From contig NC_092670.1 of assembly GCF_964355755.1 (NCBI RefSeq), forward strand, positions 2,470,201 to 2,534,200: a stretch of 64,000 nt of DNA, given 5' to 3'. Positions 1 to 12,368 of this stretch are shown here, in pieces. The notes below the pieces were generated by a model. That model searched no databases and had not been told where the DNA came from. It saw nothing but the letters and a program-made list of their open reading frames with translations. The DNA is from Antedon mediterranea (taxonomy: Eukaryota; Animalia; Echinodermata). Positions within the stretch are counted from its first letter, which is position 1, and every line of letters starts with the position of its first letter. The translations under genes were made by a program, and so were the position numbers.

Positions 1-74
1 TCTTCACCAACTTGTGAATGCGTAGTGTATGTAATATCAAATTCTGTAAACTATATAATATTATAATTTTACAG

Positions 75-2577
75 GACTTAAATGTAAGCTTTTCATCATC
101 ACATGGAAATGAGTCGATGGGATGGATACCAGAAGAGGACAGTTCTTCTTCCTCTGAAGAAGAAATAGAAGTAGTAGATGATAATGTTACAGGAAAAGTG
201 ATAGTCAATGTTGATAGTGTGCTTGAAATGTTTAAGCGATGCCAAGAATGCGGTCAGAAGATAATATCAACAAATGTGTTATACAGGGGAGCAAAAATAA
301 TTGTACATTGGCAATGTACTGAATATCACTTTGGCAAATGGGAAAGCTGTCCAGATGTTCGTGGAATGGCAGAAATCAATTTACTTACAGCCTCTGCTAT
401 TTTGTACAGTGAAAACACATATCAAGCAATTAATAATTTTGCTAAAATTCTTGATATGCATTTTTTATCATCATCAAGTTTTTATCAAATTCAAAAATGT
501 TATTTGTTGCCAGTCATAAATGAAGCATATAAGGAACAACAAGATGTGATGATTGCCGAACTCATTTTAAGAAGTTTGGATAATGAGACTATCTCAATTT
601 TGGGGGACGCCCGGTCAGACTCGCCAGGGTATTCCGCAAAATATTCTACGTACTCTTTTATTGAAGAGAAAAGTGACAAAATTGTTGATGCTCGGCTGAT
701 ACAAGTGACGGAATGTTCCAGCTCAGTAGCAATGGAAAAGGAAGGTTTCATCAGAAGTTTAGAGTTTTTGTTGGGTCATGGCATCAACATCAAAACAATC
801 ACAACTGACAGATCACCATCAATCAGAAAAGTTATGAAGGACGAATACTGGGAGATATCACATCAGCTTGATTGCTGGCATGTTTGTAAAGGTATGATTG
901 ATACAGTAAAATAATTTTCTAACAAACTAAAACCAAATTAAATCCTTCATTTTTTTTACTCTCATCAGTATATAAATAAGCACCATATACATATTGTACA
1001 AATGAGCATTATATGAGTTTGCTCTAATCTATCTCATCTCGCACAGTGTAATTTCAATTGACACTTCTTCTAGTCTACTAGTGTAGCACCAGCGAGTACA
1101 GTATATACTGTAATCATGTTTGTAAAGTTCATAAATTGTTTTACTAATACTATATTGTATATTTTATCAAATATTTCAGGCATTAAAAAGAAAGTCTTGG
1201 CAAGTGGTAAAAAGAAGGGAAATGAGCACCTATTATTGTGGACCAAGAGCATAACAAACCATTTGTGGTTCTGTTGTGCAACTTGTAAAGGTGATGTCCA
1301 GGTATGACCACTAGTGAATTTTTTTTTCAATCGACAGGGGTGAAGAGGAAAAGCAAAAGTAATGAAACTCTCATCTTGTGATGTGCTTAACAAGCCCTGT
1401 CAATATACTGTAAACAAAACAAAAATATATATTTATGTACATCATCATATTGATAATTGATATATAAAATACTCAAAATTAAAAAATCAGTTCTGCTTTA
1501 TACTGTGTTTATTATTAATAAGTACTATATAATTAATACAGAAATAAAAATAAAGTTGTGTCCAATAAAAAATATTGCAGTACTATATAAACTGCTCTTA
1601 TACTAGTATAAAAGAAAAAAGAGCACCATCATCATCATTCTCTAAATTGAGCTTTACACTATTTTTTTACTAATGTTTAGGTACTCAAAAACAGGTGGAA
1701 ATCAATTTTAAATCACGTGGTAAATGTTCACAGATGGGAGGAAGATGGGATTGAGAATACCTGTGCACACAGTGCCCTAACAGAAGAAGAAGCAGAAAGC
1801 AAGATATGGCTAGAATATGATTCGCCAGCCTATGATGCTTTGAAAAAAATTGTACTGGATAAAAGATTAGATAATGATCTTGGTCAACTTGGAGAATTTA
1901 AGCATACTGGTGGGTGTGAAATGTTTTTTGTGTAGACAATAAGAATTAAACGTTAGTGTAAAACCCATTTTACTTACTCACTGCTCAATTCTTCAATTCA
2001 GGTACCTTAGAGTCCTATCATGCCTCGTACACCAAGTTTGCCCCAAAACGAATTCACTTTCATTATGGTTCTATGCAAGGCAGGACTCAGCTAGCAGTTA
2101 TAGATCATAATGCTAATGTTGGCAGGAAACAGGCACAAACAATTGCAGGTAATACTTATAATGCATGTAATAAAATAATAAGACACTTTAAGTTAATATA
2201 CAACATTTTATTATATTCTCTGTTCACCCATGTCTAAACTGTCTAGTCCAGCTACATAATAGGCCTATTAAAAATGATTTGTTTTTCTGAATTTAATTGT
2301 AGGTGATATTCGATACAAAATGGTTTGCCCAAAACGGGGCGATGGATCATGGTCTGCCAAAAAAATTTATGAAGCTAAAAAATATGATTACGTTGTTGAT
2401 CTGGTTGAGAAGACGCTACAGAGACGAATGGACCCAGGTATAAGGTACAAATATACAGAATCTGCAGTGCCTCTTCCAGAATTACCAAAAAACATCTCAA
2501 AGCAGGAACAACCTTCTAAAGATTTATTAATAAATGAATATTGTCAAAGAACCGAGCAAATTATGGATAATCAGTAG
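75..2577 (+). CDS. Kolobok-type DDE transposase, 5' incomplete; exons 75-891, 1180-1301, 1681-1909, 2002-2148, 2303-2577
   Basis: GT-AG junctions join in frame (HVCK/GIKKK, GDVQ/VLKNRW, KHT/GTLESYH, TIA/GDIRYK). Motifs: GDARSDSPG, ITTDRS, LDCWH, LESYH, APKR, DHN, plus CxxC...CxxxH near the N-terminus. Stop TAG ends at 2577. Confidence 0.85.
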
Positions 2578-2646
2578 ATGATTATGATGGTGATGATTTA
2601 AATACTGTTGTTATACAAAGTTTATTTTTCAGTTTAATCGAACAAA

Positions 2647-3623
2647 TTATGCATCATCAGTAGCAGGCCAAGAAAAACCTTTGTATGTTCCATCAGGTGA
2701 AGGAAACTTTTCTCTAATTTTCTTGACCAAACAAGCTGGCAATACCATTCTGTTCTTGTAGCCTAGTTTTTCACCTTGTAGAATCCATTGTAGTACCACT
2801 CTGTAAGCTACAAGGCGGTATTGTCTGATAATTTAAAAAAATGAATGACTTTAGCTAAGTCTGTTAAAAATAAAAAGTGCCATGTTTTCTATATTTTGTT
2901 TTACTCACTGCTTGTTGATATCTAGTATTCTATATAGTAAATGGTTATTAGAGTGACTTTTGAAAACATGGTCATGCAAAACAGATTTAGTGGTCAAATG
3001 TATTTTTAAAAACAAAATATATTCTTGTGCTTATAGAGTAGTTCTCTTGAGTTTAACACAATGGAACTAGCGGCAAAATGAATGTATTATGTAGAAAGAA
3101 TAAAAAAAATAAATAAAGGAAGAAAGATATCTTGAATAAAAAACCAAAAGCCTTACTCATTATTTAGTTGGCCATGAAGGCCCCTTGGTTTCGGAAATTG
3201 TTTCCAGTTGTGTCGATGACTTCGAAAAAATGTTGTCAAAACACTTGTATTTAAGTGTGCTTCAAGATCACAATGAGATGTAATGCACCGTAATAATAAA
3301 TCGTCATCTTTTTCCATTGGAGTTGTAGTAGGCCTCTCTCTCTCTAACAAAGACAATGTTTGTTGAACTTCATTGCAACATACACATTCGTCTTCCGTTG
3401 CCATTGGTGTACAAAAACCACATGTACACCAAAAACTGTCATTCAGTCTACTTACTAAAGCTGTTGGTAGGGGTGCAACTGCACTATTATTCTTCTCCTT
3501 TCTTCTGCGCTCTATCTCGGTTGGTGAGTATTGTGGTTCAAATAAATATGGTCTTGGAACAGAATAAAAAATATCGTCGTCACTTCCATACTCTTCTTCT
3601 TCTGTTTCATGCACTTCAGCCAT
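2647..3623 (-). CDS. KolX / P2X7 cytoplasmic ballast-like Cys-rich protein; exons 3623-3157 and 2824-2647
   Basis: Exon 1 has PYLFEP, WCTCGFC..M.TEDECVCCNE and CITSH. Exon 2, absent from the ORF track, reads QYRLVAYR...RMVLPACLVKKIREKFPSPDGTYKGF, matching the P2X7/nanor ballast pattern. The phase-2 intron is GT-AG. Confidence 0.85.
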
Positions 3624-5689
3624 GTTTTATCGTTATATGTGTCTATGATGAAATTAAATGAGAGTATTAAATTGGGCTATATTAAATACCGATTTGATAT
3701 GCACTGCCTAGTAGGCCCTGGGTCTACCTAGTAGTATTCAATCCATCTGCCTAACCCTTCCTCTAGCTGGGCACAATATGATTATGAGTGAGGATTTCGA
3801 GTAAAATATTATTAATATTATTATAATAAGTTCATGAATTTTTAGGCGTTCATAAACGGCGGCCATGCCCCACCCATGCCATGGCCAAAGGCCCAAAATA
3901 ATCAGACCCACTCTAAGCTAGTAGTAGAGTACTACTAGGCCTAGGCTGGTACTAGGTAGGCATAGTACTATACTAGGCTCTTGCGCATATCAATTAGTAG
4001 CCTATTTATTATAGGCCTAGCCTAGTAGAATAGGCTTACCCAGACTCCTACTAGGACTAGGCTAGGCATATATATAAAAGAAAACAGCGGCAGCAGAGCC
4101 AGAGGGGACCTAGCTAGGCCTAGGTTAGGCCTAGTTTTGTTTTCCAAAATTGAAATTACGAGACCCTGACACAAAAACAAACATAATCTAATTTTTTTTT
4201 TAAACTTACGTGATAAGCCCACGATCAATGCTAAAAAACTTGTCTGGAAAAATTACAATTATCTCACACACACAGTTTACCACATCACCACACGTCACAT
4301 ACACACCACCACCACACAGCAGCAGCAGAGAAAAAGTTTTGAGTCCGATATGGTTGAATGATTCCAGAACGTCATACGTCATGTTTCTACTAGCTACTCT
4401 TCGGGTCCCATAGACAAGTCTCGCAAAGCGCGAACATTTCTAGTAAACACACTTTTTAAATAAATCGTAAAAAATATAAAAGTTGAATTGTTTTATTGTT
4501 TGTTTTGTCTATCTGGATATTGAAGTGTTTCTTCAAAATACCAGGAAAACATTTTGGCAAATTTAAGTAATTTAAAAGGTTAAATAAGCAATTGAAGTGA
4601 CGGTACCTATCTATTGTATGGTAACAACAGCGAAAACTCATTAAGTAGATTATGCGATGCACCTGTGACGTCACAGCAATTTACGGCGACGGCTGTACGG
4701 CGAGCGCGTGCGGCGATATCCTCGATTTCGCGATGGTTCTGAAATCATATGTATACCCCTAATACGTTTTTAAAATATGGTCCTCGGTACAGTTGTCCTT
4801 TAACGTGCTATTATGATATATTATAGGCCTAATAATCAATCGATACTGTACAAGCGTATCTAAATAGATTCGTGTATACACTCATCATGTTGTTTATTTT
4901 TATGTAACGATTGTTTTTTCATTCAAGTCATATCGTGTCAAATTTTACTTTTACAAAAGTGCCCAAACTACGGTTCAAAAATCTGAACGACAGTCTTCAA
5001 CTTTCGATAAACAATAATTGTTATAGCGACACACTCATCAAATGACTGCAATGTTTGTTGGCATTTCGAGCGTGTTCACTCACATGTCTCTCGAACATAG
5101 CAGAGTGAAAATAATATTTTGTCACACCCCTGCGCCTAGATCCGGTAGACCCGAGAGATGGACAATCCCTCTTTACTATTTAGCAGGTAGCGGAATGATT
5201 CAGCCCTCAGCTCAGAGGATCGTGGTGCATTCCCCTCCTATAGCACGTGGTTTCAGCAGCAACGCACAGACTTCTCTCTGAGCGGCGTGCCAAAGACATT
5301 TTTGACATTCCATTCTCTAGGAACAACACGTGTACCTCTCTCGCAAATAAGGTGAACAGCGATTGCCAGGACAATTTCAATAACTGGCGGTGAATAAAAG
5401 GTAACTGATATGCCGATCCAATAACATGCCGCAAAGAAAAAAATTGCGACAGAATTCTGGAGCGCGTGTGAAAAAAGACTTACGTCCGACAATTGTAATA
5501 CTAGGCCTAAAATTAAACTTTAGCTAATATGCTTAGCCCTAACCTAGATAAGAGGCCTATGTAGAAAATAATTTAATCAATTTTGATAAAATAATAATTG
5601 GTGTAATATTTAATAATGATACACTATTCCTGTTTTAGTAAGCTAGGTATATTACGAACGATTTTTATTTATTGTTGTCCATGTACGTA

Positions 5690-6530
5690 CTAATAAACCT
5701 GGCGCTAGTTTCCTTCGCTTGTATTTTTACTCCAAATTTGATAACTAACTTTATCGTGTGAATACCACACCTTAGAAGTATACCTCATGAGTACTTTAAT
5801 GAAAGAATCACATAAAAAGTAACAAATAAATCCTTAAATTAATGATTTTACAGGCGTGTTTCTCGCACACTGTTCGCGAATTTCACTTATTCAATGTTCA
5901 ATATTTTTGTTTCTATGGAGCGCCAAAAGAGCAACGATAATAGAGGACTAAAACTCAGTGGAATGCGTCAATTTCTCATGCATTTATTGGTGAAAAACAC
6001 GTTTTATTTCAATATATTTGTTAATTTGTCAATAAAAATGTTGTAATATGTTACTGCTGAAACTGTTCTGTTTTCAAAGAATAATAATCGATCCTAAATC
6101 AACATCACTACCTAGTCTAGACCTAGGACATCCTACTAAGGATATTATGATGAATTTTTCTATTTTATTCTTTAAAAGGTTAACGAAACCGTGTACATTA
6201 TCAACAGTAACATTTTTCCTTACTGACAGTGACAAAATCTATTGAAATTGTACTTAATTTTCACCAAATAATGCGTTAAATATAAATGGATTCCACAGAG
6301 TTTTTAGCCCTCTAAATAATTTTGCTCTTTTGGCGTTCCATAGAAACCAAAATATTGAACATTGAATGTGCAAAATGCGAGAAAAACAACGTCTGTAAAA
6401 TCACCAATTTAATGGATTTATTGTTACTTTTATGTGATTTTTCTTCATTAAAGTAGGCCTACTAATTCTAAGCTGTGGTATTCAGGATAAAGCCTTGGTT
6501 AAATTACAAGGCAGGTGCAAAAGGAAACTA
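5690..6530. mobile_element. Palindromic (foldback) non-autonomous element core
   Basis: About 5700-6000 is an imperfect reverse complement of about 6260-6530 (TATGGAGCGCCAAAAGAGCAA vs TTGCTCTTTTGGCGTTCCATA). The same arms occur inside the MITE at 28996-30079. Confidence 0.65.
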
Positions 6531-6719
6531 GCCTAGCGGGCCTAGGCCTAGGCTACTTCAATTTCGGTGATTTCCTGCCTTGCAATTTTGAGAAATGATA
6601 AAATGATGCCTCGCATTTTTTGATGATGGTAAAACGATGCCTCGCATAAATTTCTGAATTGCCTCGCATGCCTTCCCTGCCTCGCGTGCCTCGCTGCCTC
6701 GCACTTTGTTACTACTACT

Positions 6720-7090
6720 TTGTTAATGGCGCAAACTACATATGCTTTGCTCTAAAATTGTAGATGCCTCCAAAAACGAAACTTTAAGGTCCACCATTTA
6801 AAATGGCCGCCATGGAATCAAAATTTTAGTTATACCAATGTGACCCATTACCATATAATTTAAACCTAAAATCAGAACTATAGGTGCCTTTTTAGCAGAG
6901 ATATACCTGGAAAGTGAAAATCTGGGGTCCGCCATTTTGAAATCCAAAATGGCGGCTTTCCCCTGACCAAATTTTGTGCAACCCTTCCATTTCATGTTTT
7001 TGACACCCTAATGAATAACTGTGCAAAGTTTCAAAATGTTATCACAATTTGAAAGATTTGCCTAAAATATGCACCTTAACATGCCTACTA
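6720..7090. mobile_element. Terminal fragment of a DNA transposon, possibly Academ-like
   Basis: GCCATTTTGAAATCCAAAATGGCGG subterminal palindromes and an end reading ...CCTTAACATGCCTACTA (TAG...CTA type). No partner end was seen. Confidence 0.35.
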
Positions 7091-7174
7091 ATACAAATTA
7101 TAATGTCCATGTGTGTTTTTCTATTATATATGCACCCCAAAGTTTATTCCTATATGTTATTCATTGGGTACCAA

Positions 7175-10100
7175 AGATTCAGCCAATTGATGTTGTCAAC
7201 TTTGTAGTGCATTTATGATTTTATAAACAAAATAATAAATGCTTTAATTGATTGTTAAATATTTGTTTTTGTTTCATTTTCAGAGATACTAGGGATAACG
7301 AGGCAAAGAAAGTAAATAACTATGAAATCGTACTTGTTTTTAAAAGGCAAAACATTGCCGAAAATTGTTTTTTGCCATCAAAATTACACCCTCTGTTGGT
7401 GAATGCATGAATTACGAAAGTTTTCAAAATAATAAGATGCATATAATTATGTTTGTCAGTAATTTATCGCACCGCGGCTTTAGCCAGCTAAAACCCTAGA
7501 GGCTAGGACATAATCAATATATTACTAAAAACCGTAATTTTTAAAGTTCATATATTTCCCTACTGAGGAAGAAATTTATGAATCCTGGACGATTCGGCCC
7601 TAAGATGATTCGGCACAGGACGATTCGGCCCACTTTTGGTTGTTTAACAATCCTTATTTTTATTGATATTGACAATGTTCATATATTATATAACTTACTA
7701 AAAAACATAATTTTATAAGCAATTTATTCGAAAACTTTTTTTTTGTGAATTCGCCAACAGAGGGCATAACTTGTTTACATCGTTCGCTTAAAAAATGATC
7801 ATTTTCGACAATGTTTTCAAAATGTTTGCTTTATTGCATCTTTTTCTCTAGTAGTAATATCCCATAGTCTCTCTGAAAATAAAGTTTAGGGAAAAAAGCT
7901 TATTTTATGATTATAAATGCATATCAAAACCAATAAATTTAAGTGTGCCGAATCATCTCAGGGCCGAATCATCCCTTGCAGAATCGTCCCAGGGCCGAAT
8001 TGTCCCGCTACCGCAATTGATTACTTAGTTCGTGGCCAAAAGCAATTATTTTTGGTGATTTTTTTACCCTATATTTCGAAAACTACAAGTCAGATTTTAA
8101 TACTTCTTTCTTTATTTTAATATTGATACAAAATAATAACAGGTAATGTAGTTATTAACTTCTACTGTTGCATCGTTATCCCTAGGTAGTAGGCCTGGGC
8201 CTATATAGTACAGGTAAGTGGGCCGGGTCATTAGGGAGTTAATTATGCTCCTACAACCCTGGAATATGTACATACAGTACTCATGGCTTAATCAATGATA
8301 TAGTTTACTTTATGATTATATTTTTGTTCTGTACAGTAGGTCAGACTATATTTACACAAAATGTTTACTATTGTTGATTGTTAAGCAAAAATAATTGATA
8401 TAATAAATCGTTATATCTGAAGAAAGAACAATGATTAAAAATGTTATTTAATATTTCTTGTTTAATATATTAACATTGGAACAATAACATTATTAAGGCC
8501 ACAGTCTACTGTAAAAACACTAAAATTTACTAATTTTGATGTAAATACATTTTTTACATGTTGGCAATGTTTAAATATCCCTCTTTTTTAAAACGCCGAA
8601 AAACCTTTAAAATCCATTGTTTTCATCCAAATTTTCAACACAATGATCATAAAAGCTATTTCAACAAGCTTATAAAAATGAATAATTTATATATTATAAA
8701 TAGATATTACTCTTTCTGGCCTAATAGATAGTGTGTGGAGTTCCACCTTAAAAAACTTGACATACGGTATACATAATATGCATCTATCATTGTGTATGAT
8801 TAAAATATAAAACAAACTTGTTGGAATTTCCTACTCCCCTCATCATCGACATCTTTAAACACTGTGTGCCATAGTTTGTAATAACAACCACTAATAGTTC
8901 ATTCAATTAACTATTTAAATAATTGTTGTAGATAATGCTATTCTTATTATAGTAGGTCTACACCAATCATGTGATTTGAATAAAAACGAAAATAGATTCC
9001 TTTTGTAGGCCTACATTTTTATCAAAATAGTGGAACTAGTTACATCACGTCATCAAAAAGAGTGTACCATAAAATAACAGGATACTGATTCAGTCATTTT
9101 AACATTTTAATAACTAACCTTAATTTCTTTGTGGTCTTACAGTGAAAATTAGTACCTGTTTCCTCCTATAGGTCAGTCATATACAGTACAGGTGATATAA
9201 GCTGTGGGTGCAGTGCATATTGATGTTATTAAATTTTATGATGCCTAAAATCACTCAGCCATGAACTTAGTTATAATAACAATGCAATTGCTGTTTATAC
9301 AATTTCTATTGGACCCTGCAAATATGAAACGCCAGAGAAGTATTAATTTATAATAAATTAATAAATTCCAATTTCATCAAAAGTAGCAGCAGTTTTGTGT
9401 TTAAATGATTTTTAGTTTATACTATATTATCAGCCTATCATGTCTGAATTAGGAAGAATAAGTTATGGCATCCATGAATGACGTTCTTTCTAATGCAAAC
9501 TTTGATAACTGTACAAATAACGGAGTCAATGGTTGAACAAACAACAAGTATGAAACGCCAAAGAATTAAACAGAATTGATTACAAGCAGACTGTTTAACC
9601 ATGGACCTATAATTATAAGTCCATGCTTTAACTGTGTACTAAAAATCAAAGTATGTTTTTATGAGGAGTAAAAGTAATGTTCCCAAAAAGTTTGCTATCA
9701 TTTGTTTATTTATGATTTAGTTCTTGATCATATAAACTTCAGTAGTATGAACTGTATGCTTTATGCTATCATTCTAAATTAAGAGATTAAGAGATATGGT
9801 ATCGAGGTACAACCAATGCATATGATTGACACGTTCTATCCAATGAAAGCCTTTATGTACAATGATTAAACAGTCATGTTAATAATAGAACGATTCTAGC
9901 AATGTTATATGAACAAATAACATATGAAACGGCAAAAATATTAACAGAATTCATTTACAAGCACCCAGGTTAACTGTGTACTAAAAATCAAGCTTTTATA
10001 AGAAAATTTTCCCCAAAAGCTTGCTCATTTGTTCATTTATGATTTAGTTCTTATAAACCTTGGTATGATCAGTATGTCTTATTAATCAGCCCGCTCTCGT

Positions 10101-11830
10101 TTAACAAAGTTAAATCATTTTTTCTACCAATCCATACACAATTTTCCCAAACTATCTGAATTGTTAAAAGCTGAATGATAATTTTAATTATAGGTTATTT
10201 CAGTTTGAAATATAACATTTTTCGTCTCAAATGTGCAATAAAAATGTACTGATTTCGTTAAGTGGTACTTAATTAGGTTTGACTAATCAATCAGGGATTT
10301 TTTTTTTTTAAATAGCCATTTTTCAGTGTGTGCATTTTTTTGATATTGAGGTTTTTAATTTTCTACAAATTTTCTTCCGTTTTTCAAAACTTATCGGCTT
10401 ATTTGTGTAATATGTAAAACAAGTGCCTTTTGTTTGGGACTTTAAAATGTACGTCAATGACTAGTTTTCCTAATTATTAGAGGTAGAAATAGCACCAATC
10501 AAAATTCCTTGCACACGCTTTCTTAACCCATTTGTTGTATGTGGGATGCAATAGTGACATTATAGATTGACATGATATATTCTATTAATTAAATAAAATA
10601 AAATTCGAAGATTTTTTATAAAATAGGCCTAATTTAGTTTTTTAATTTAATAACTTAATTATTAACTATTTTAATGATTTTTTATATTTTTATAATATGC
10701 AATGCTTAAGAAATAATTATATATTTTACTTTGCAATATTAATATCAATTTTATTCAAATGCAAACACAACTACCAGTTCCTGAGTGCAATTTCTCTTAC
10801 ATGTGCAATATTCCATTATGTACAATTTTTGTTATATATCTTTTTCCATTTTTCTTTTGTTATGTAATGATATTTAACTGACATTGAGATGATCTGTTAA
10901 AACCAAAACATCAAGTTAAGCTACAATAAAAATCATTGAATTATTAAAAAAAAATATTATTGTTTAAATAAATTTTATGTTTCTTTAAGAGATGTACGGT
11001 ATGCGACAGAGGTGGGATTCTCGAGCCCACTAATAGTAAAAAAAACTTTAGTAATACAGATGGGTAAAGTATAGTGGGAGGAATTGAGGTCAGCCTTACA
11101 AAATTTAAAATGATTATTGTAATGAAAATCCTTTTAAACAGCATCAATCTGTGTTCAGTCAGCCGGCCCCAACTATGATTGGGGCTGCTCAGTGGATGGA
11201 CATGTAGGTTTAAAAAGAAAACATTGTATCAGAGTGCCATTTCCAGGCATCTAGATGTCCATATTCCCACAAATTTACACACTTTTTAGCACTGATAGAC
11301 CAAGGTGTGAAAGTTCTGCCTTTTTTTTTTGCTGTTAATTAGATCAATGTGTCTAAATATGCAAGTTGTCTGTATGTGTACAGCAAAGCTTCTGTGTGCA
11401 CAATTATCATAGTACGTGTAATTGTTTAAGAGTGTGTATGTAACAGTTTCTCTTTAGTGTCAGGAGGAGAGTGAGAGTGAATTCATCAATGATTATTAGA
11501 TTAATTGCAACAAAGGCTATATTATACACTAATGCCATCACGTGTTTTATAATGTCATTTTCAACAGCGCCACCAATGATTTGTAATATACAGTAACTTT
11601 GTGTTGTATCTTCTAGTTGTGTTCCCTTTCAATGTTTGTTTATTTGTATTCATAGATAAATAAATGTCATAAATCCCATAAATAGACCTAAAAGTTGATA
11701 AGCAAACCAAGAATTCAAGTATGTTTAATTATGAAATATATTGAGGTAAAGAAGACTAATTAATGACAAGTAAAAATACAAGTGTGTAAATATACATTAT
11801 TTCAACCAATCATTGTCAATATTGTAGTTT
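7175..11830 (+). repeat. Segmental-duplication block A (non-coding), homologous to 58600-63265
   Basis: Several direct matches: 7235-7450 with 60245-60470, 8790-9300 with 60500-60990, 9100-9520 with 59590-60050, 9298-9960 with 61945-63265, and 11670-11825 with 60065-60220. Confidence 0.85.
7585..8013. mobile_element. MITE with repeated subterminal motifs
   Basis: GACGATTCGGCCC-type repeats at the left (7588-7631) are mirrored by GGGCCGAATCATC/GGGCCGAATTGTCC repeats at the right (7945-8013). Confidence 0.55.
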
Positions 11831-12368
11831 TCATAATGATAACAGGCCTCAATTTATGCATAATATATCTTGTAAATGGTGGATACCTGTAACATTTACA
11901 AATTGCAAATTAATTTATATTTCAACTTTTTTACAATTTTTTTTACACATTAATTTATACACAATATATAATTTGTTTCACTTTTATTTACAAAAATATA
12001 AGTATTTTATCCTTATTTATTTATAGCAATCAAATTTACAAAAATACAAAAAAAAAAAATTAACAAAAAAGTAAATACAAAAATAAGACTACTTCAGATA
12101 ATAGGAGGAAAGTAACCTGGGTTACATAATAATCAAATCAAATATGTAGAATACATATATATATATATTGTAACATGCAGTTGAGTGTACTTTGGTTCAA
12201 AACTATATGACCCAATCATGTGACCCAAGACAAACATATACTGACAAGATGGGAAATTCTAAAATCTTGATGCATAAATATACAATATAAATGTTCATGC
12301 CCTAAAAAACTGTAGATACAAATAAAATTTGCAGGAAAAAAAAATATGAGTGTAGGATATAGTAAACA

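Larger units (their letters stand above)
1..4799 (+). mobile_element. Kolobok-superfamily DNA transposon (right part; left end lies outside the window)
   Basis: A spliced DDE transposase and a convergent P2X7-C-terminal-like (KolX) gene, the typical Kolobok pair. The right terminus ...GGTACAGTTGTCCT (4799) is followed by TTAA (4800-4803), the Kolobok target site. Confidence 0.8.

Noticed and set aside
3700-4140. Dense CTAG/AGGCCT palindromes as a regulatory array (also 56000-56120)
   Set aside because: This low-complexity motif recurs throughout the window with no fixed period.
4100-4803. Long terminal direct repeat (KolobokP-type) at the Kolobok right end
   Set aside because: No internal TTAA-AGGACAACTG start was found in the preceding sequence, and the left end is outside the window.
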